Assembly (NCBI GenBank): GCA_963724765.1
Contig: CAVRVY010000001.1
Coordinates: 1,056,001-1,120,000 of the forward strand
DNA length: 64,000 nucleotides
Direction: 5' to 3'
Origin: an uncultured delta proteobacterium
Lineage (GTDB): Bacteria; Desulfobacterota; Binatia; Binatales; Binataceae
Under the pieces are notes generated by a model. It searched no databases. It had not been told where the DNA came from and was given only the letters and a program-made list of their open reading frames with translations. Shown one piece after another: positions 1 through 14,028 of this stretch. Numbering within the stretch: position 1 is the first letter of the stretch; every line of letters starts with the position of its first letter. Position numbers and translations under genes: made by a program.

Positions 1-1506
<1,506 letters not shown>

Positions 1507-1614
1507 CGGCGCGGGTACACGGCTCGCCGTTACGCCTGACTCTGGGATTGTTGAGGATCGGAGCTTTCAGGAGAATAGCGTCGCCGCTGGCGACGATGCC
1601 CGCTCAAAATAAAA

Positions 1615-1644
1615 GGGATTTATTTACTAAAGTAAATAAATCCC
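1615..1644. repeat. perfect AT-rich inverted repeat (14-bp arms, 2-nt loop)
   Basis: GGGATTTATTTACT-AA-AGTAAATAAATCCC between convergent genes. Confidence 0.9.
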
Positions 1645-1694
1645 AAATAAAGACGGGACGCACGCGGCTTTTGAAGCCCTATGCGCCCCGTCTT
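1645..1694 (-). terminator. probable intrinsic terminator of the small secreted-protein gene
   Basis: minus strand AAGACGGGGCGCAT...GTGCGTCCCGTCTT followed by TATTT. Confidence 0.6.
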
Positions 1695-1738
1695 CCTTTT
1701 CACTCACCGCCTGCGTGGCGGCTTGCGGCGGAGTCTGC

Positions 1739-1981
1739 TTAACGGACCCAGCGCCAGTGGCCGCCAATGAGCTGCCAGTGCCATCCGGGCCGATGCATTA
1801 TCGGACTGTAGGCATAGCCCGGACCATACGCGTAGCCTGGACGATAGGCGTACGCCGGATGATTGATGCTCCACCAGTGCGCGTCATGATGGTAGTAGTG
1901 ATCCTGCGCCAAAGCCGGCCCGGCGAACAGCGCGCCAGCCATCGCGACAGTTACCAGCAGCGTTGCGATCTTCTTTTTCAT
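1739..1981 (-). CDS. small secreted His/Tyr/Trp-rich protein (80 aa)
   Basis: GGAGG RBS, signal peptide MKKKIATLLVTVAMAGALFAGPALA, PGYAY repeats, GHWRWVR end. Confidence 0.8.
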   Translation of the reverse strand: MKKKIATLLVTVAMAGALFAGPALAQDHYYHHDAHWWSINHPAYAYRPGYAYGPGYAYSPIMHRPGWHWQLIGGHWRWVR

Positions 1982-2146
1982 GTTCCTACCTCCCTGCCAT
2001 CGGGGAGCGAAAGGCGAAACCGTCCGGACTTCCGGAATTGCTGCGGTCTTCGCTGTTTTTGTTTCGCTCTTCACCAGGAGAACCCTTTTCCGGCCTTCTG
2101 CTATTAGAGACGCTGGCGGCCTGTGGCGGTTACAGGGGGGAGCGCC

Positions 2147-2206
2147 TTGCCAGCCGTGTCCCGCTGATGATAATCTGTTTTTCGTGTGGGCTTTCGCCCA
2201 CTTTTT
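2147..2206 (+). promoter_or_regulatory. rimP operon promoter and leader hairpin (attenuator-like)
   Basis: TTGCCA-N16-GATAAT then GTGGGC-TTTC-GCCCAC-TTTTT, a hairpin commonly found upstream of rimP. Confidence 0.65.
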
Positions 2207-2479
2207 CGTTTAGCCGGTTCGCCCGATGAGTGCGGCGCTCGGGCGCAGAAACCTCCTGAGACAGAGTCGGACTGCGGTGGGGCGCTGCGAGAGCCCTCTT
2301 TCGGGCGTGGTGCGCGGATGGCGCGTGGCGGGACAGTATCGGCGCGAGGTGGCAGGTCAGCGGCGCGCACGCCCCGGCCGCTGGCAGATGAGAGAGCTGA
2401 CAGAAGAGATATGAGGGCAGGCGGAGATTTTCTTGTGACTGACGCAGGCGCGAGGGGAAATCACAGGCAAGACCATAAG

Positions 2480-2974
2480 ATGGTAGTGCAGCTCCATCCG
2501 GTGGCCATGCGCGTGGCGGAGCTGCTCGACCCGCACGTCGAGCGCCAGGGCTTCGAACTCGTGTCAGTGGACTATCACAAGGGCACGCGCAGCTCGCTCT
2601 TGCGCTTGCTGGTGGATCGGCCGGAAGGCGGTATCGCGCTGAGCGATCTGGAGCGGCTGAGCCCGCTGCTCGGCGATTTACTCGACGTTTACGATCCGAT
2701 CGACGGGCGCTACACGCTGGAGGTCGCTTCGCCCGGGGTGAACCGGCCGCTGACAAGGCTCGGGGATTTCGAGGCGTTTGTCGGCCAGCGGGTCCGGATC
2801 AAGACGCATCGCGCGATGGACGGACAGAAGTCTTTCATCGGCGTGCTTGCGTCGGTGAGCGCGGAAGGAGTGGAAATCGACGACGAACCCAGCCGGCGCC
2901 GCCTAAGGATCGGCTTCGGCGAGATGAAGGGAGCGAACCACGAATACGATTTTGACGGAGCCGGACGCCGATGA
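2480..2974 (+). CDS. rimP: ribosome maturation factor RimP (start uncertain)
   Basis: YTLEVASPGVNRPL motif; upstream of nusA. Confidence 0.93.
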   Translation: MVVQLHPVAMRVAELLDPHVERQGFELVSVDYHKGTRSSLLRLLVDRPEGGIALSDLERLSPLLGDLLDVYDPIDGRYTLEVASPGVNRPLTRLGDFEAFVGQRVRIKTHRAMDGQKSFIGVLASVSAEGVEIDDEPSRRRLRIGFGEMKGANHEYDFDGAGRR

Positions 2975-3076
2975 AGCCGCCAAGCGCTGTGCGCGCGGCC
3001 TCGAAACCGCCGGTTCAGGATTGGCCGATAGATTATTTGGCGGCGCATGCAAGACATCGCGCCCCGTGGAGGCCGT

Positions 3077-4492
3077 ATGACCGGAGAGCTTAACCGGGTG
3101 ATCGAGCAGGTTTCCAAGGAAAAAGGGATCGACAAGACGATCGTGATCAGCGCCGTCGAGGAGATGATGCATTCGGCGGCGCGGCGCACGTTCGGTAACG
3201 AGCGCAATATCGAGTCGCGCTACAACTCGGAGCTCGGCGAGGTCGAGCTGTTCGAGATCAAGACGGTGGTCGACCAGGTCGCCAACCCGCAAGCCGAGGC
3301 CACGGTCGACGAGGCGCGCGCCAAGTACGATCCCGAGGCCGAGGTCGGCGACGAAATCCTGATCAAGCTCGACACCGCCACGATGGGCCGGATCGCGGCG
3401 CAGGCCGCCAAGCAGAACCTCATCCAGCACATCCGCGACGCCGAGCGCAAGCAGATTTTCAACGAGTTCAAGGATCGCAAGAGCGAAGTCGTCTCGGGTA
3501 TCGTGCAGCGCTTCGAGCGCAAGAACATGATCGTCAACCTCGGTCGCACCGAGGCGATCCTGCCCGAAAAGGAGCAGATCCCGCATGAGCGCTATCGCCA
3601 GGGCGATCGCATCCGCGCCTTGATTCTCGACGTCGATCTGTCCGAGAAAGGCCTCTCGATCGTGCTCTCGCGCACCGCCAACGAGTTCCTATGCAAGCTG
3701 TTCGAGCAGGAGGTGCCCGAAATCTACGAGGGCATCGTCGAGATTCGCCAGTGTGCGCGCGAACCCGGCGGGCGTGCCAAGGTAGCGGTCTACTCCAAGG
3801 ACTCCGACGTCGACCCGGTCGGCGCCTGCGTCGGAATGAAAGGGACGCGCGTGCAGGCGGTGGTGCAAGAGTTGCGCGGCGAAAAAATCGATATCGTGCC
3901 GTGGACCGACGACCAGGCCGAACTGGTGTGCCGCGCGCTCGCCCCGGCCAAGGTTTCCAAGGTGATCATCGATGAGGACGAGCACGCGATGGAGGTGGTG
4001 GTGCCCGACGACCAGCTTTCGCTGGCGATCGGCAAGCGCGGCCAGAACGTGCGCCTTGCGCATCGGCTCTCGGGATGGAAAATCGACTTGCGCAGCGACT
4101 CCGAGGCCGAAGAGGAAGCGCGCGCCGCGCGGGCCTCGCTCAACGCCATCCCCGGCATCGGTGACATCAACGCCGAACTGCTCTACCAGTGGGGCTTCCG
4201 CACGGCCGAGCAGCTCGCCGAGACCACCGAGGAATCGTTCGAGGTCGACGGCATCTCACCCGAGCGCGCCCGCCAGTTGATCCTGGCCGCACGCGAATGG
4301 GTTGCCAAGAAGCATACGGATGAAGAGGCGGCCGCGGTCGCGGCGGCTCAGGCCGCCGCAGAGAAGGCCGAGGCGGACGCGGCGGTGGCGGCGTCCGCAA
4401 ATGAAGCCGCGGCAGACGCGGCGAACGGCAGCCTTGAGGATCGCGATGGCGCGAGCGTAGGCGAAGAGGAAGATGCGGCGGCGAAATCATAG
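3077..4492 (+). CDS. nusA: transcription termination/antitermination factor NusA
   Basis: GRIAAQAAKQ, DPVGACVGMKG, LAIGKRGQNVRLA; Ala/Glu-rich tail. Confidence 0.97.
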   Translation: MTGELNRVIEQVSKEKGIDKTIVISAVEEMMHSAARRTFGNERNIESRYNSELGEVELFEIKTVVDQVANPQAEATVDEARAKYDPEAEVGDEILIKLDTATMGRIAAQAAKQNLIQHIRDAERKQIFNEFKDRKSEVVSGIVQRFERKNMIVNLGRTEAILPEKEQIPHERYRQGDRIRALILDVDLSEKGLSIVLSRTANEFLCKLFEQEVPEIYEGIVEIRQCAREPGGRAKVAVYSKDSDVDPVGACVGMKGTRVQAVVQELRGEKIDIVPWTDDQAELVCRALAPAKVSKVIIDEDEHAMEVVVPDDQLSLAIGKRGQNVRLAHRLSGWKIDLRSDSEAEEEARAARASLNAIPGIGDINAELLYQWGFRTAEQLAETTEESFEVDGISPERARQLILAAREWVAKKHTDEEAAAVAAAQAAAEKAEADAAVAASANEAAADAANGSLEDRDGASVGEEEDAAAKS

Positions 4493-4763
4493 ACCCGATC
4501 GCACCTGTCTTGGATGCATGACGCGCGACGCACAGGCCGCGATGGTGCGGCTGGCGGCGGTGGGCGGAGTAGTGCGCGCCGACGAGGATCGGCGCCTTGG
4601 CGGACGCGGCGGCTATCTGCATCCGCGACGCGAATGTCTGGAGCGCTTCGCGCGCGCCAGGACACGCGAGTTCCGTTCGCTGCGGGTTGCGCTCGACCGC
4701 GACGCGCGGGATTTCATTACGCGAATGTTACAAGGGCGGCTGGATAGCGAGAGCGCTCTCTAA
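4473..4763 (+). CDS. ylxR: YlxR/DUF448 family RNA-binding protein
   Basis: RTCLGC...[10 protein letters not shown] motif between nusA and infB. Confidence 0.85.
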   Translation: MRRRNHRPDRTCLGCMTRDAQAAMVRLAAVGGVVRADEDRRLGGRGGYLHPRRECLERFARARTREFRSLRVALDRDARDFITRMLQGRLDSESAL

Positions 4764-4776
4764 TAGAGTAGGCAAA

Positions 4777-7869
<3,093 letters not shown>

Positions 7870-8021
7870 GCGGCCCCAAGCGCTCGGGTCGCCCGCGCTC
7901 GACGCGCGCGTAGTGTTGCGGCGTATCGTGTCGATGAGCAACGCCGGCGCGGCCGCTCGCGAGGCGGCGTGATCGCTCGGCGCGAGTCGGCGCGAGGATG
8001 GGCGGGGCGCAGGGGCGATCG

Positions 8022-8309
8022 ATGGTTGTAGGAGTCTTACAGCTCACACTCTTTTTGCCGGAGAACCATTCGCTTAAGGGCAAACGCCAGGTGCTGCGTG
8101 CGATTAAGGATCGCGTGCGCTCCAAATTTAATGTTTCAATTGCCGAATCCGACAGCCACGACATGTGGCAGCGCGCCGAACTGGGTATCTGCCAGGTCGG
8201 CAGCGACCGCGCGTTCGTCGACTCGGCGCTGCGCGAGGTCGTCAACTTCATCGATTCGCTCGACCTCGCCCCGCTCGGCGAAGAGCGGCTCGAAATAATC
8301 AATTACTGA
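8022..8309 (+). CDS. DUF503 (YlxP) family protein
   Basis: SLKGKRQV...KFNVSIAE motif; conserved position after infB. Confidence 0.9.
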   Translation: MVVGVLQLTLFLPENHSLKGKRQVLRAIKDRVRSKFNVSIAESDSHDMWQRAELGICQVGSDRAFVDSALREVVNFIDSLDLAPLGEERLEIINY

Positions 8310-8388
8310 ACGTCTGCGCGCTCAGTGTTTGAATATCATGAACGCGAAAAGTTGGGACGCCGCTTGTCAGGCGGTGAGGTAGTCCAGC

Positions 8389-9050
8389 TTGCGCAACACG
8401 GTCCGGCCGCTCACTACACTCGAGAAGGTTAACCTCGCGCTAACGATGACGTGGGCGGCGGGCTTTGTCGATCTCGTCGGCTATGTCTCACTATACGGGC
8501 TGTATACCTCGCACATGACCGGTAACACGGTCGCGATGGCGCGTCATATATCGGAGCTGCAATGGAGTGGCGTTGTGCGTCGCGGATGGCCGATCTTGAC
8601 GTTCGTCTTCGGCCTGATGCTCGGCGCCTTTAGCCGGCGGATAAATTCTTTGTGATGGTGGCGCTGCTCGCGATTCCGATGGGCATACAGAACGTGGTTA
8701 TTCGGAAGGTCGGAGGAATCAATGTTTACACGACCTTCGTCACCGGATCGCTGGTGAAATTCGCCGAAAATCTGTCGCAATACCTGTTCTGGGTGCGCGA
8801 TCGGACGCGTCGCCGCTTTCGCCGTCGCATTTTGAAAGTGCTCAGGATCTCGCCCCGCACGGTTCCCCTCCAGCGCACCGCGCTGACACTGAGTTTATGG
8901 TTAGCTTATCTGGCAGGCGCGGTCTGTGGTGGCATATCGATCCAGCGGTGGGCGCTGCTCGGAATGGTTGCTCCATTCGCGCTGTTGTCGGCGATCGCTC
9001 TATATGGGGCCTTTCGTCCATTAATTCCATTGTCGGCCGATGAGTGGTGA
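8389..9050 (+). pseudogene. YoaK/DUF1275 membrane protein split by an internal deletion and frameshift
   Basis: N-half AGFVD..SHMTGN (8389-8655) and C-half MGIQN..TTFVTG (8652-9050) in different frames; middle TM segment missing near 8631. Confidence 0.8.
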
Positions 9051-9096
9051 ATGCGGCGTTTCGTGCGCGCTCTGGCGCGCGCTAACATAAACCTCG

Positions 9097-9447
9097 ATGG
9101 CTTCCGAACCACGCCGGCCGGAGCGCGTTGCCGAGATGGTGCTGCGAGAACTCTCGTCGATGCTCATCCGCGACTTGAAGGATCCGCGCCTGCGCGGCAT
9201 CACGCTTACCGGAGTCAAGATGACCGACGATTTGCGCCACGGGCGAGTATTCTTTTCGCATCTCGAGGGACAATCGCGCGCCGCCGAGGCGATCGCGGGC
9301 TTCAAGAGCGCAGGCGGATTCATCCGCCGCCAGGTGGGCCGCGCGCTTGGCCTGCGCTACGCGCCCGAACTTGATTTCGAATTCGATCCCGGTCCCGAGC
9401 GCGCCGCCCGTATCGACGTGCTGCTGCGCAGCGCGCGTAAGGACTAG
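9097..9447 (+). CDS. rbfA: ribosome-binding factor A
   Basis: KDPRL, LRYAPELDF motifs. Confidence 0.95.
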   Translation: MASEPRRPERVAEMVLRELSSMLIRDLKDPRLRGITLTGVKMTDDLRHGRVFFSHLEGQSRAAEAIAGFKSAGGFIRRQVGRALGLRYAPELDFEFDPGPERAARIDVLLRSARKD

Positions 9448-9512
9448 GGCTGTCCTCGAGTGCCGCGACGCTTACGCCGCGCCGCCTTATCGGCTATCGT
9501 CGCCTCACCGCC

Positions 9513-10394
9513 ATGGACGGAGTTCTGCTTATCGACAAGCCGGCCGGGATCACTTCGGCCGAGGCCGTGCGCCAAATCAAGGCGCGCGTGCGGCCCGCGC
9601 GCGTCGGCCATCTGGGCACGCTCGATCCGTTCGCGACCGGCCTGCTGCCGATCCTGATCGGCGAGGCGACCAAGCTCGCACCGTTTCTTCAGGACGGTGA
9701 AAAAGAGTACGAGGGTGTAATCCGGCTCGGAGTCGAAACCGACACGCTCGATCGCACCGGCGCCGAGATTCAAACGGCCAAGGTCCCGGCGCTGACTTCG
9801 GAGATGCTGGCTGAGGCCACCGCGCGCTTCACCGGCAGGATCGTCCAGCAGCCGCCGATCTTTTCAGCCATCAAACGCGACGGAGTGCCGCTCTACAGGC
9901 TCGCGCGCCGCGGCGTCGAGGTCGAGCCGCCGCCGCCGCGCGAGGTCGAGATTTCGCGCCTCGTACTCGATGCGCCAGACGCGACATCGATCCATTTCGT
10001 CGCTGCCTGCTCAACCGGCACCTACATGCGCTCGCTCGCGCGCGATATCGGAGTCGCGCTCGGCACCGTGGCCCATCTGGCCGAGCTGCGCCGGCTGCGC
10101 AACGGCGCCTTTACGCTGGCCGGGGCACGTCCGCTGGCGGCGGTGCTGGACGCGCTCGCCGACAAGAATTCGGCTGGGATGATCGGGATGCGCGAGGCGC
10201 TTGCCACGATGGCCGAGGCTGAGGCCGACCCGATACAGGTGCGCCGATTGCGCAACGGCGACTCGCGCGCGCTCGACGGCCTCGCGCCGGAAGGCGCGAA
10301 GCTGTTCAAGGTGGTCAGCGCGGGCGCGCTGATCGCAGTAGCCGAGGCGACCTCGCGCGTCACGGCGCGTGTGATGCGGGTGTTCGGAGTCTAG
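9513..10394 (+). CDS. truB: tRNA pseudouridine(55) synthase
   Basis: DKPAG, GHLGTLDPFATG, GTYMRSLARD. Confidence 0.96.
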   Translation: MDGVLLIDKPAGITSAEAVRQIKARVRPARVGHLGTLDPFATGLLPILIGEATKLAPFLQDGEKEYEGVIRLGVETDTLDRTGAEIQTAKVPALTSEMLAEATARFTGRIVQQPPIFSAIKRDGVPLYRLARRGVEVEPPPPREVEISRLVLDAPDATSIHFVAACSTGTYMRSLARDIGVALGTVAHLAELRRLRNGAFTLAGARPLAAVLDALADKNSAGMIGMREALATMAEAEADPIQVRRLRNGDSRALDGLAPEGAKLFKVVSAGALIAVAEATSRVTARVMRVFGV

Positions 10395-10462
10395 ATAGCT
10401 CGCTGCCGCGTATCCTCATTCGCCCGCGCTGTAGTAACCTGCGTCCTGCACAGGAGGCGGCT

Positions 10463-12340
10463 ATGGCAGAGCGCGAACGCCAGGGATCGGCGCACAGTTT
10501 CGAGGTTGTGGTCGAACGCGACGTGATGGTCACGATGCGCGATGGGGTGCGCCTCGCAACCGACATCTACCGGCCCGCGCGCGGCGGCCCGGCCGTGCCC
10601 GGCCGCTTTCCGGTGATCGTCGAGCGCACGCCGTACGACAAAGGCCCAGCGCGCTTCGCCGTGACCGCACGCTACTTCGCCGAGCACGGCTACGTTGTGC
10701 TGATCCAGGACGTACGCGGGCGCGGCGGCTCCGAGGGCGAATGGTACGCCTTCGCGCGCGAAGCGCCCGACGGCTACGACACTATCGAATGGGCTGCGGC
10801 CCAACCGTGGTCCTCCGGCAAGGTCGGCACGATGGGGACCTCGTACATGGCGGCGACGCAGAGCGCCGCAGCGACGCTCAACCCGCCGCATCTCGCGGCG
10901 ATGTTCGTTACCGAGGGGCCGTCGAACTACTACCATTGCTCGATGCGGCATAACGGCGCGCTCGAGCAACGATTCCTCATCTACGCCTTCCACATGGCGG
11001 TGACGAGTCCGGAGGCGCGCGCCAATCCTGCTCTGCGCCTCGCGCTGCTGGAAGCACGCACCAACCTCGGCCAGTGGCTAAGACGGCTGCCGCTCAAGCG
11101 CGGCGCGACGCCGCTTCGGATGCTGCCGAGCTACGAGCAGTGGGCGATCGACCTCCAGACCCGCACGGTTTACGACGAGTACTGGCTGCAGCGCGGCTAC
11201 GCGATCAGCGAACATTACGCCGAGCACGCCGACGTTCCGACCGTCTACTTCGGCTCGTGGTACGACTCGTACGCGCGCGCCACGACCGAGAACTTCGCCG
11301 CGTTGAGCCGGCTCAAGCGCTCACCCCAGCGCCTGATCATGGGCCCCTGGGTTCACGGCGTGCGCGCCGACGAGGACTTCGCCGGCGACGCAAGCTTCGG
11401 CACGGAGGCGCTCGAGCACTACAACGGCCTGCGCCTTCGATGGTTCGACCAGTGGCTCAAGGGGCTGGACACCGGCGTTGCCGACGAGCCGCCGGTCAGA
11501 ATCTTCGTGATGGGCGGGGGCAGCGGCAGAAAAATCTACGACGTGCTCGGGCTCAACGCGCGAATCGATCATGGCGGGCGATGGCGCTCCGAGAGCCAGT
11601 GGCCGCCGGCCATCGCACGCGAGACGGCTTTTTATCTCCATCCCGGCGGCGCGCTCACGCCGCGCAAGCCCGAGGCCGCGGCTAGTGCGTCCACCCTGCG
11701 CTTCGATCCGCAAAACCCGGTGCCGACAGTTGGCGGCAGTATCTCGGTCGGCTTCGAGTTCATGCCGTCCGGCGGCTACGACCAGCGCGCGCGCTTTCCG
11801 CTGGCGGCCGGTGATTCGCTGCCGCTCGGCTCGCGTCCCGACGTGCTGGTGTTCGTTTCCGAACCGCTCAGTGAACCGCTCGAAGTGACCGGCGCGGCGA
11901 CGATGAAGCTCTGGGTGTCGTCGACCGCGCGCGACACCGACTTCACCGCCAAGCTCATCGATCTTTATCCGCCAAGCGCGGATTATCCCGACGGCTTCGC
12001 GCTCAACCTGACCGACTCGATCATCCGGATGCGCTTTCGCGAGTCGTGGACCAATCCCACGCCGATAACGCCAGGTGGGATATACGAGGCGCGCATCCCG
12101 TTCTACCCGATAAGCAATCTTTTCGCCCGCGGCCATCGTATCCGGCTCGATATCTCGTCCTCCAACTTCCCGCGCTTCGATGTCAATCCGAACACCGGCG
12201 GCCCGCTGGGCGAGCCCGGCCCGCTGATGGTGGCCGACAACACGGTCTATCATGCGGCCGCGCGTCCCTCGCATATCGTGCTGCCGGTTGGTGCCGGCGA
12301 AATGAGCATAGCGATCGCCAAGGGCGCATGCGGCGGCTAG
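10463..12340 (+). CDS. CocE/NonD family (peptidase S15) serine hydrolase
   Basis: MRDGVRLATD, RTPY, GTSY nucleophile, SWYD, MGPWVH, ISSSNFPRF. Confidence 0.92.
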   Translation: MAERERQGSAHSFEVVVERDVMVTMRDGVRLATDIYRPARGGPAVPGRFPVIVERTPYDKGPARFAVTARYFAEHGYVVLIQDVRGRGGSEGEWYAFAREAPDGYDTIEWAAAQPWSSGKVGTMGTSYMAATQSAAATLNPPHLAAMFVTEGPSNYYHCSMRHNGALEQRFLIYAFHMAVTSPEARANPALRLALLEARTNLGQWLRRLPLKRGATPLRMLPSYEQWAIDLQTRTVYDEYWLQRGYAISEHYAEHADVPTVYFGSWYDSYARATTENFAALSRLKRSPQRLIMGPWVHGVRADEDFAGDASFGTEALEHYNGLRLRWFDQWLKGLDTGVADEPPVRIFVMGGGSGRKIYDVLGLNARIDHGGRWRSESQWPPAIARETAFYLHPGGALTPRKPEAAASASTLRFDPQNPVPTVGGSISVGFEFMPSGGYDQRARFPLAAGDSLPLGSRPDVLVFVSEPLSEPLEVTGAATMKLWVSSTARDTDFTAKLIDLYPPSADYPDGFALNLTDSIIRMRFRESWTNPTPITPGGIYEARIPFYPISNLFARGHRIRLDISSSNFPRFDVNPNTGGPLGEPGPLMVADNTVYHAAARPSHIVLPVGAGEMSIAIAKGACGG

Positions 12341-12405
12341 GTCATGGCAGCGTAGGGCGGTGAATTCGTGCGTATGCGCGCTCGGGCGTTTCAGTCCAGA
12401 GAGTA

Positions 12406-12413
12406 CTGAGGAC
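12406..12413 (+). repeat. target-site duplication, left copy
   Basis: CTGAGGAC immediately before the left TIR; repeated at 14869-14876. Confidence 0.92.
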
Positions 12414-12422
12414 GGTAGTGGT

Positions 12423-12668
12423 TCAGTTTCGGTAAATCGGCGGCGGAGCTTGTCTGTGTTCATGGATCAAAGTTCCAAGCCAGACAATCCCGAAGAAAAT
12501 GGCGCCCAAAATCAATTCAGCAATATCGGTCCAGCCGTGAGTAAGCTTCAACAAAGGCTGATAGACCGGCTGCACGAACAATCGTAGAACTAGGCCTACC
12601 AGACAGACCGCAAAGAGAGCGCCCAGCCATGGTTTAGCGTCGTGGATGACGTGTTGTATGTTGACCAT
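12423..12668 (-). CDS. small two-TM membrane protein (IS passenger)
   Basis: 81 aa, two hydrophobic stretches, TAGCAT -10 box 6 nt before ATG, stop codon inside the left TIR. Confidence 0.55.
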   Translation of the reverse strand: MVNIQHVIHDAKPWLGALFAVCLVGLVLRLFVQPVYQPLLKLTHGWTDIAELILGAIFFGIVWLGTLIHEHRQAPPPIYRN

Positions 12669-12715
12669 CTCGCGATGCTAACATAACGTGAGGCTATGCA
12701 AAAGCGCTCTCGTAT
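12661..12715 (+). promoter_or_regulatory. sigma70-type promoter plus 20-bp operator-like element over the start codon
   Basis: TTGACC-N17-TAACGT, ATG 6 nt later; ATGCAAAAGCGCTCTCGTAT at 12696-12715. Confidence 0.65.
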
Positions 12716-12944
12716 GCCTCGCGACATCAATGTACTCGCGCACAAGACGCTCCAGATCGCCATCGGCGAGGACGTGGAGCCCGAGCCGAAACCCGATGAG
12801 GGTAAGAACCCCGCTGCTGTAGCTCTCGGCAAGCTAGGCGGCCCCAAGGGTGGAAAGAACCGATGGAAGGGCGTTTCCAAGAAGAAACGCTCCGAACTCG
12901 CTCGCAATGCTGCGCTTGCCCGTTGGAAGAAGCCCAAGACATAG
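12696..12944 (+). CDS. small basic IS-associated protein, putative nucleic-acid-binding regulator
   Basis: KNPAAVALGKLGGPKGGK..RSELARNAALARW, a motif recalled from proteins beside IS1-type transposases. Confidence 0.8.
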   Translation: MQKRSRMPRDINVLAHKTLQIAIGEDVEPEPKPDEGKNPAAVALGKLGGPKGGKNRWKGVSKKKRSELARNAALARWKKPKT

Positions 12945-13162
12945 TGGAGGCGGATGCTGCGCGTTAGCAACGCAACGCTCCCATTGGTTGTGCACTCCGC
13001 TTTACCTACTCCAACCGATTGACAAGTCGACCGAACTTTCGCCGCTCGCATTACGTCATGATGCGGAGTATAATGGAGCTATAGGTGGGGATTGTGCTGT
13101 CGGGAGTTTACGACTACAGTAGGTAACGTGTCAGGGAACGTGCCAGTGTGGAGAACACGAAG

Positions 13163-13603
13163 ATGAATCCAGACGAGTCCAAATTGATCGAGGAAACCAT
13201 CCGCGACCTTGAAGACGGACTTAGTGAACTTCAAGAGAAACGCGACATGATGGACTGGGATATCTCGCGGAAACAGGAGCGCTTGAAAGTATGGCAGGCC
13301 AAATTGGCCGAATTGTCGGGCGAGGCATTGCCGTCGCCGTCCCCGGAGCCGCACAAGCGTGCGCCGCGTGGTGCCAATCTGAGAGCCGTACTTGCGCTGC
13401 TTATGGATCCCGCCAGCCCGCGCCAAGGTCTATCTACGGCAGCGCTCGTCGATAAGGCCGCACTGCCGTTCTCAAGTGTACAGGCTGCGCTCAAGCAAGG
13501 TGAACAACAGGGGCTCGTCGAGCAGACGGATAACGGATTCTGGAGACCTAAGCAGCCCGATCCGCCGCAATTAACGATGGAGGCGAATGGAAAAGTGAAC
13601 TGA
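13163..13603 (+). CDS. coiled-coil plus putative winged-helix protein (IS passenger)
   Basis: GGAG RBS; N-terminal heptads; C-terminal GLST..LV...SSVQAALK..GLVEQ..GFW wHTH-like pattern; TATAAT at 13069. Confidence 0.7.
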   Translation: MNPDESKLIEETIRDLEDGLSELQEKRDMMDWDISRKQERLKVWQAKLAELSGEALPSPSPEPHKRAPRGANLRAVLALLMDPASPRQGLSTAALVDKAALPFSSVQAALKQGEQQGLVEQTDNGFWRPKQPDPPQLTMEANGKVN

Positions 13604-13773
13604 CTGGACGAGGGAGTCCGTGGCCGCTGGCAGGCGACTCGGTTCTCTCTCTGATAATCGGGATGCCTGATGTAGGCGTTGGGTCAGAAGCAACTCAACC
13701 TTACCTCAATTCGGAGTCTCCCGCAACTCGATTCGTGTAATCAGGGCACGAATCGTAAGTGTCGAGGGACTTT

Positions 13774-13920
13774 ATGCCTCAGAACAAACGAAACGATCCG
13801 CCACCGCCGCCGGGCTACCGTTGGGTATTCTGCCCACGGTTTAAGCATTGGCGGTCGGGGAAAGTCATCGAAGCAAAGGACTATGGCTTCGAAGCTTTCC
13901 GATTCCTAGTGCGCGGCTAA
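13774..13920 (+). CDS. 48-aa microprotein (IS passenger, below ORF-track cutoff)
   Basis: GAGGGA RBS; MPQNKRNDPPPPPGYRWVFCPRFKHWRSGKVIEAKDYGFEAFRFLVRG; strong hairpin downstream. Confidence 0.7.
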   Translation: MPQNKRNDPPPPPGYRWVFCPRFKHWRSGKVIEAKDYGFEAFRFLVRG

Positions 13921-13948
13921 TTGTAACCGGACACTAATCACCCTTAGC

Positions 13949-13976
13949 CCAGGGGCACCTTTCGGGGTGCCCCTGG
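13949..13976 (+). terminator. strong GC hairpin separating cargo from the transposase promoter
   Basis: CCAGGGGCACC-TTTCGG-GGTGCCCCTGG; no clear U tract. Confidence 0.6.
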
Positions 13977-13992
13977 CATGTATCGCCTTCGC

Positions 13993-14021
13993 TTGACAAT
14001 GCAAGAGCGTTCTCGTATATT
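13993..14021 (+). promoter_or_regulatory. transposase promoter with operator-like element in the spacer
   Basis: TTGACA-N17-TATATT, ATG 7 nt downstream; ATGCAAGAGCGTTCTCGTAT at 13999-14018. Confidence 0.75.
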
Positions 14022-14028
14022 GTTCAGT

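Noticed and set aside
12383-12403. Possible degenerate copy of the truB 3' end after the CocE gene
   Set aside because: Only about 15 of 22 matches with a gap; cannot be separated from chance by eye.
13679-13909. 76-aa ORF-track call inside the IS
   Set aside because: TTG start with no RBS; the overlapping 48-aa ORF in another frame has a good RBS and protein-like sequence.
13978-14028. Upstream ATG starts for the transposase
   Set aside because: They lie upstream of or within a near-consensus promoter; ATG 14029 fits better.
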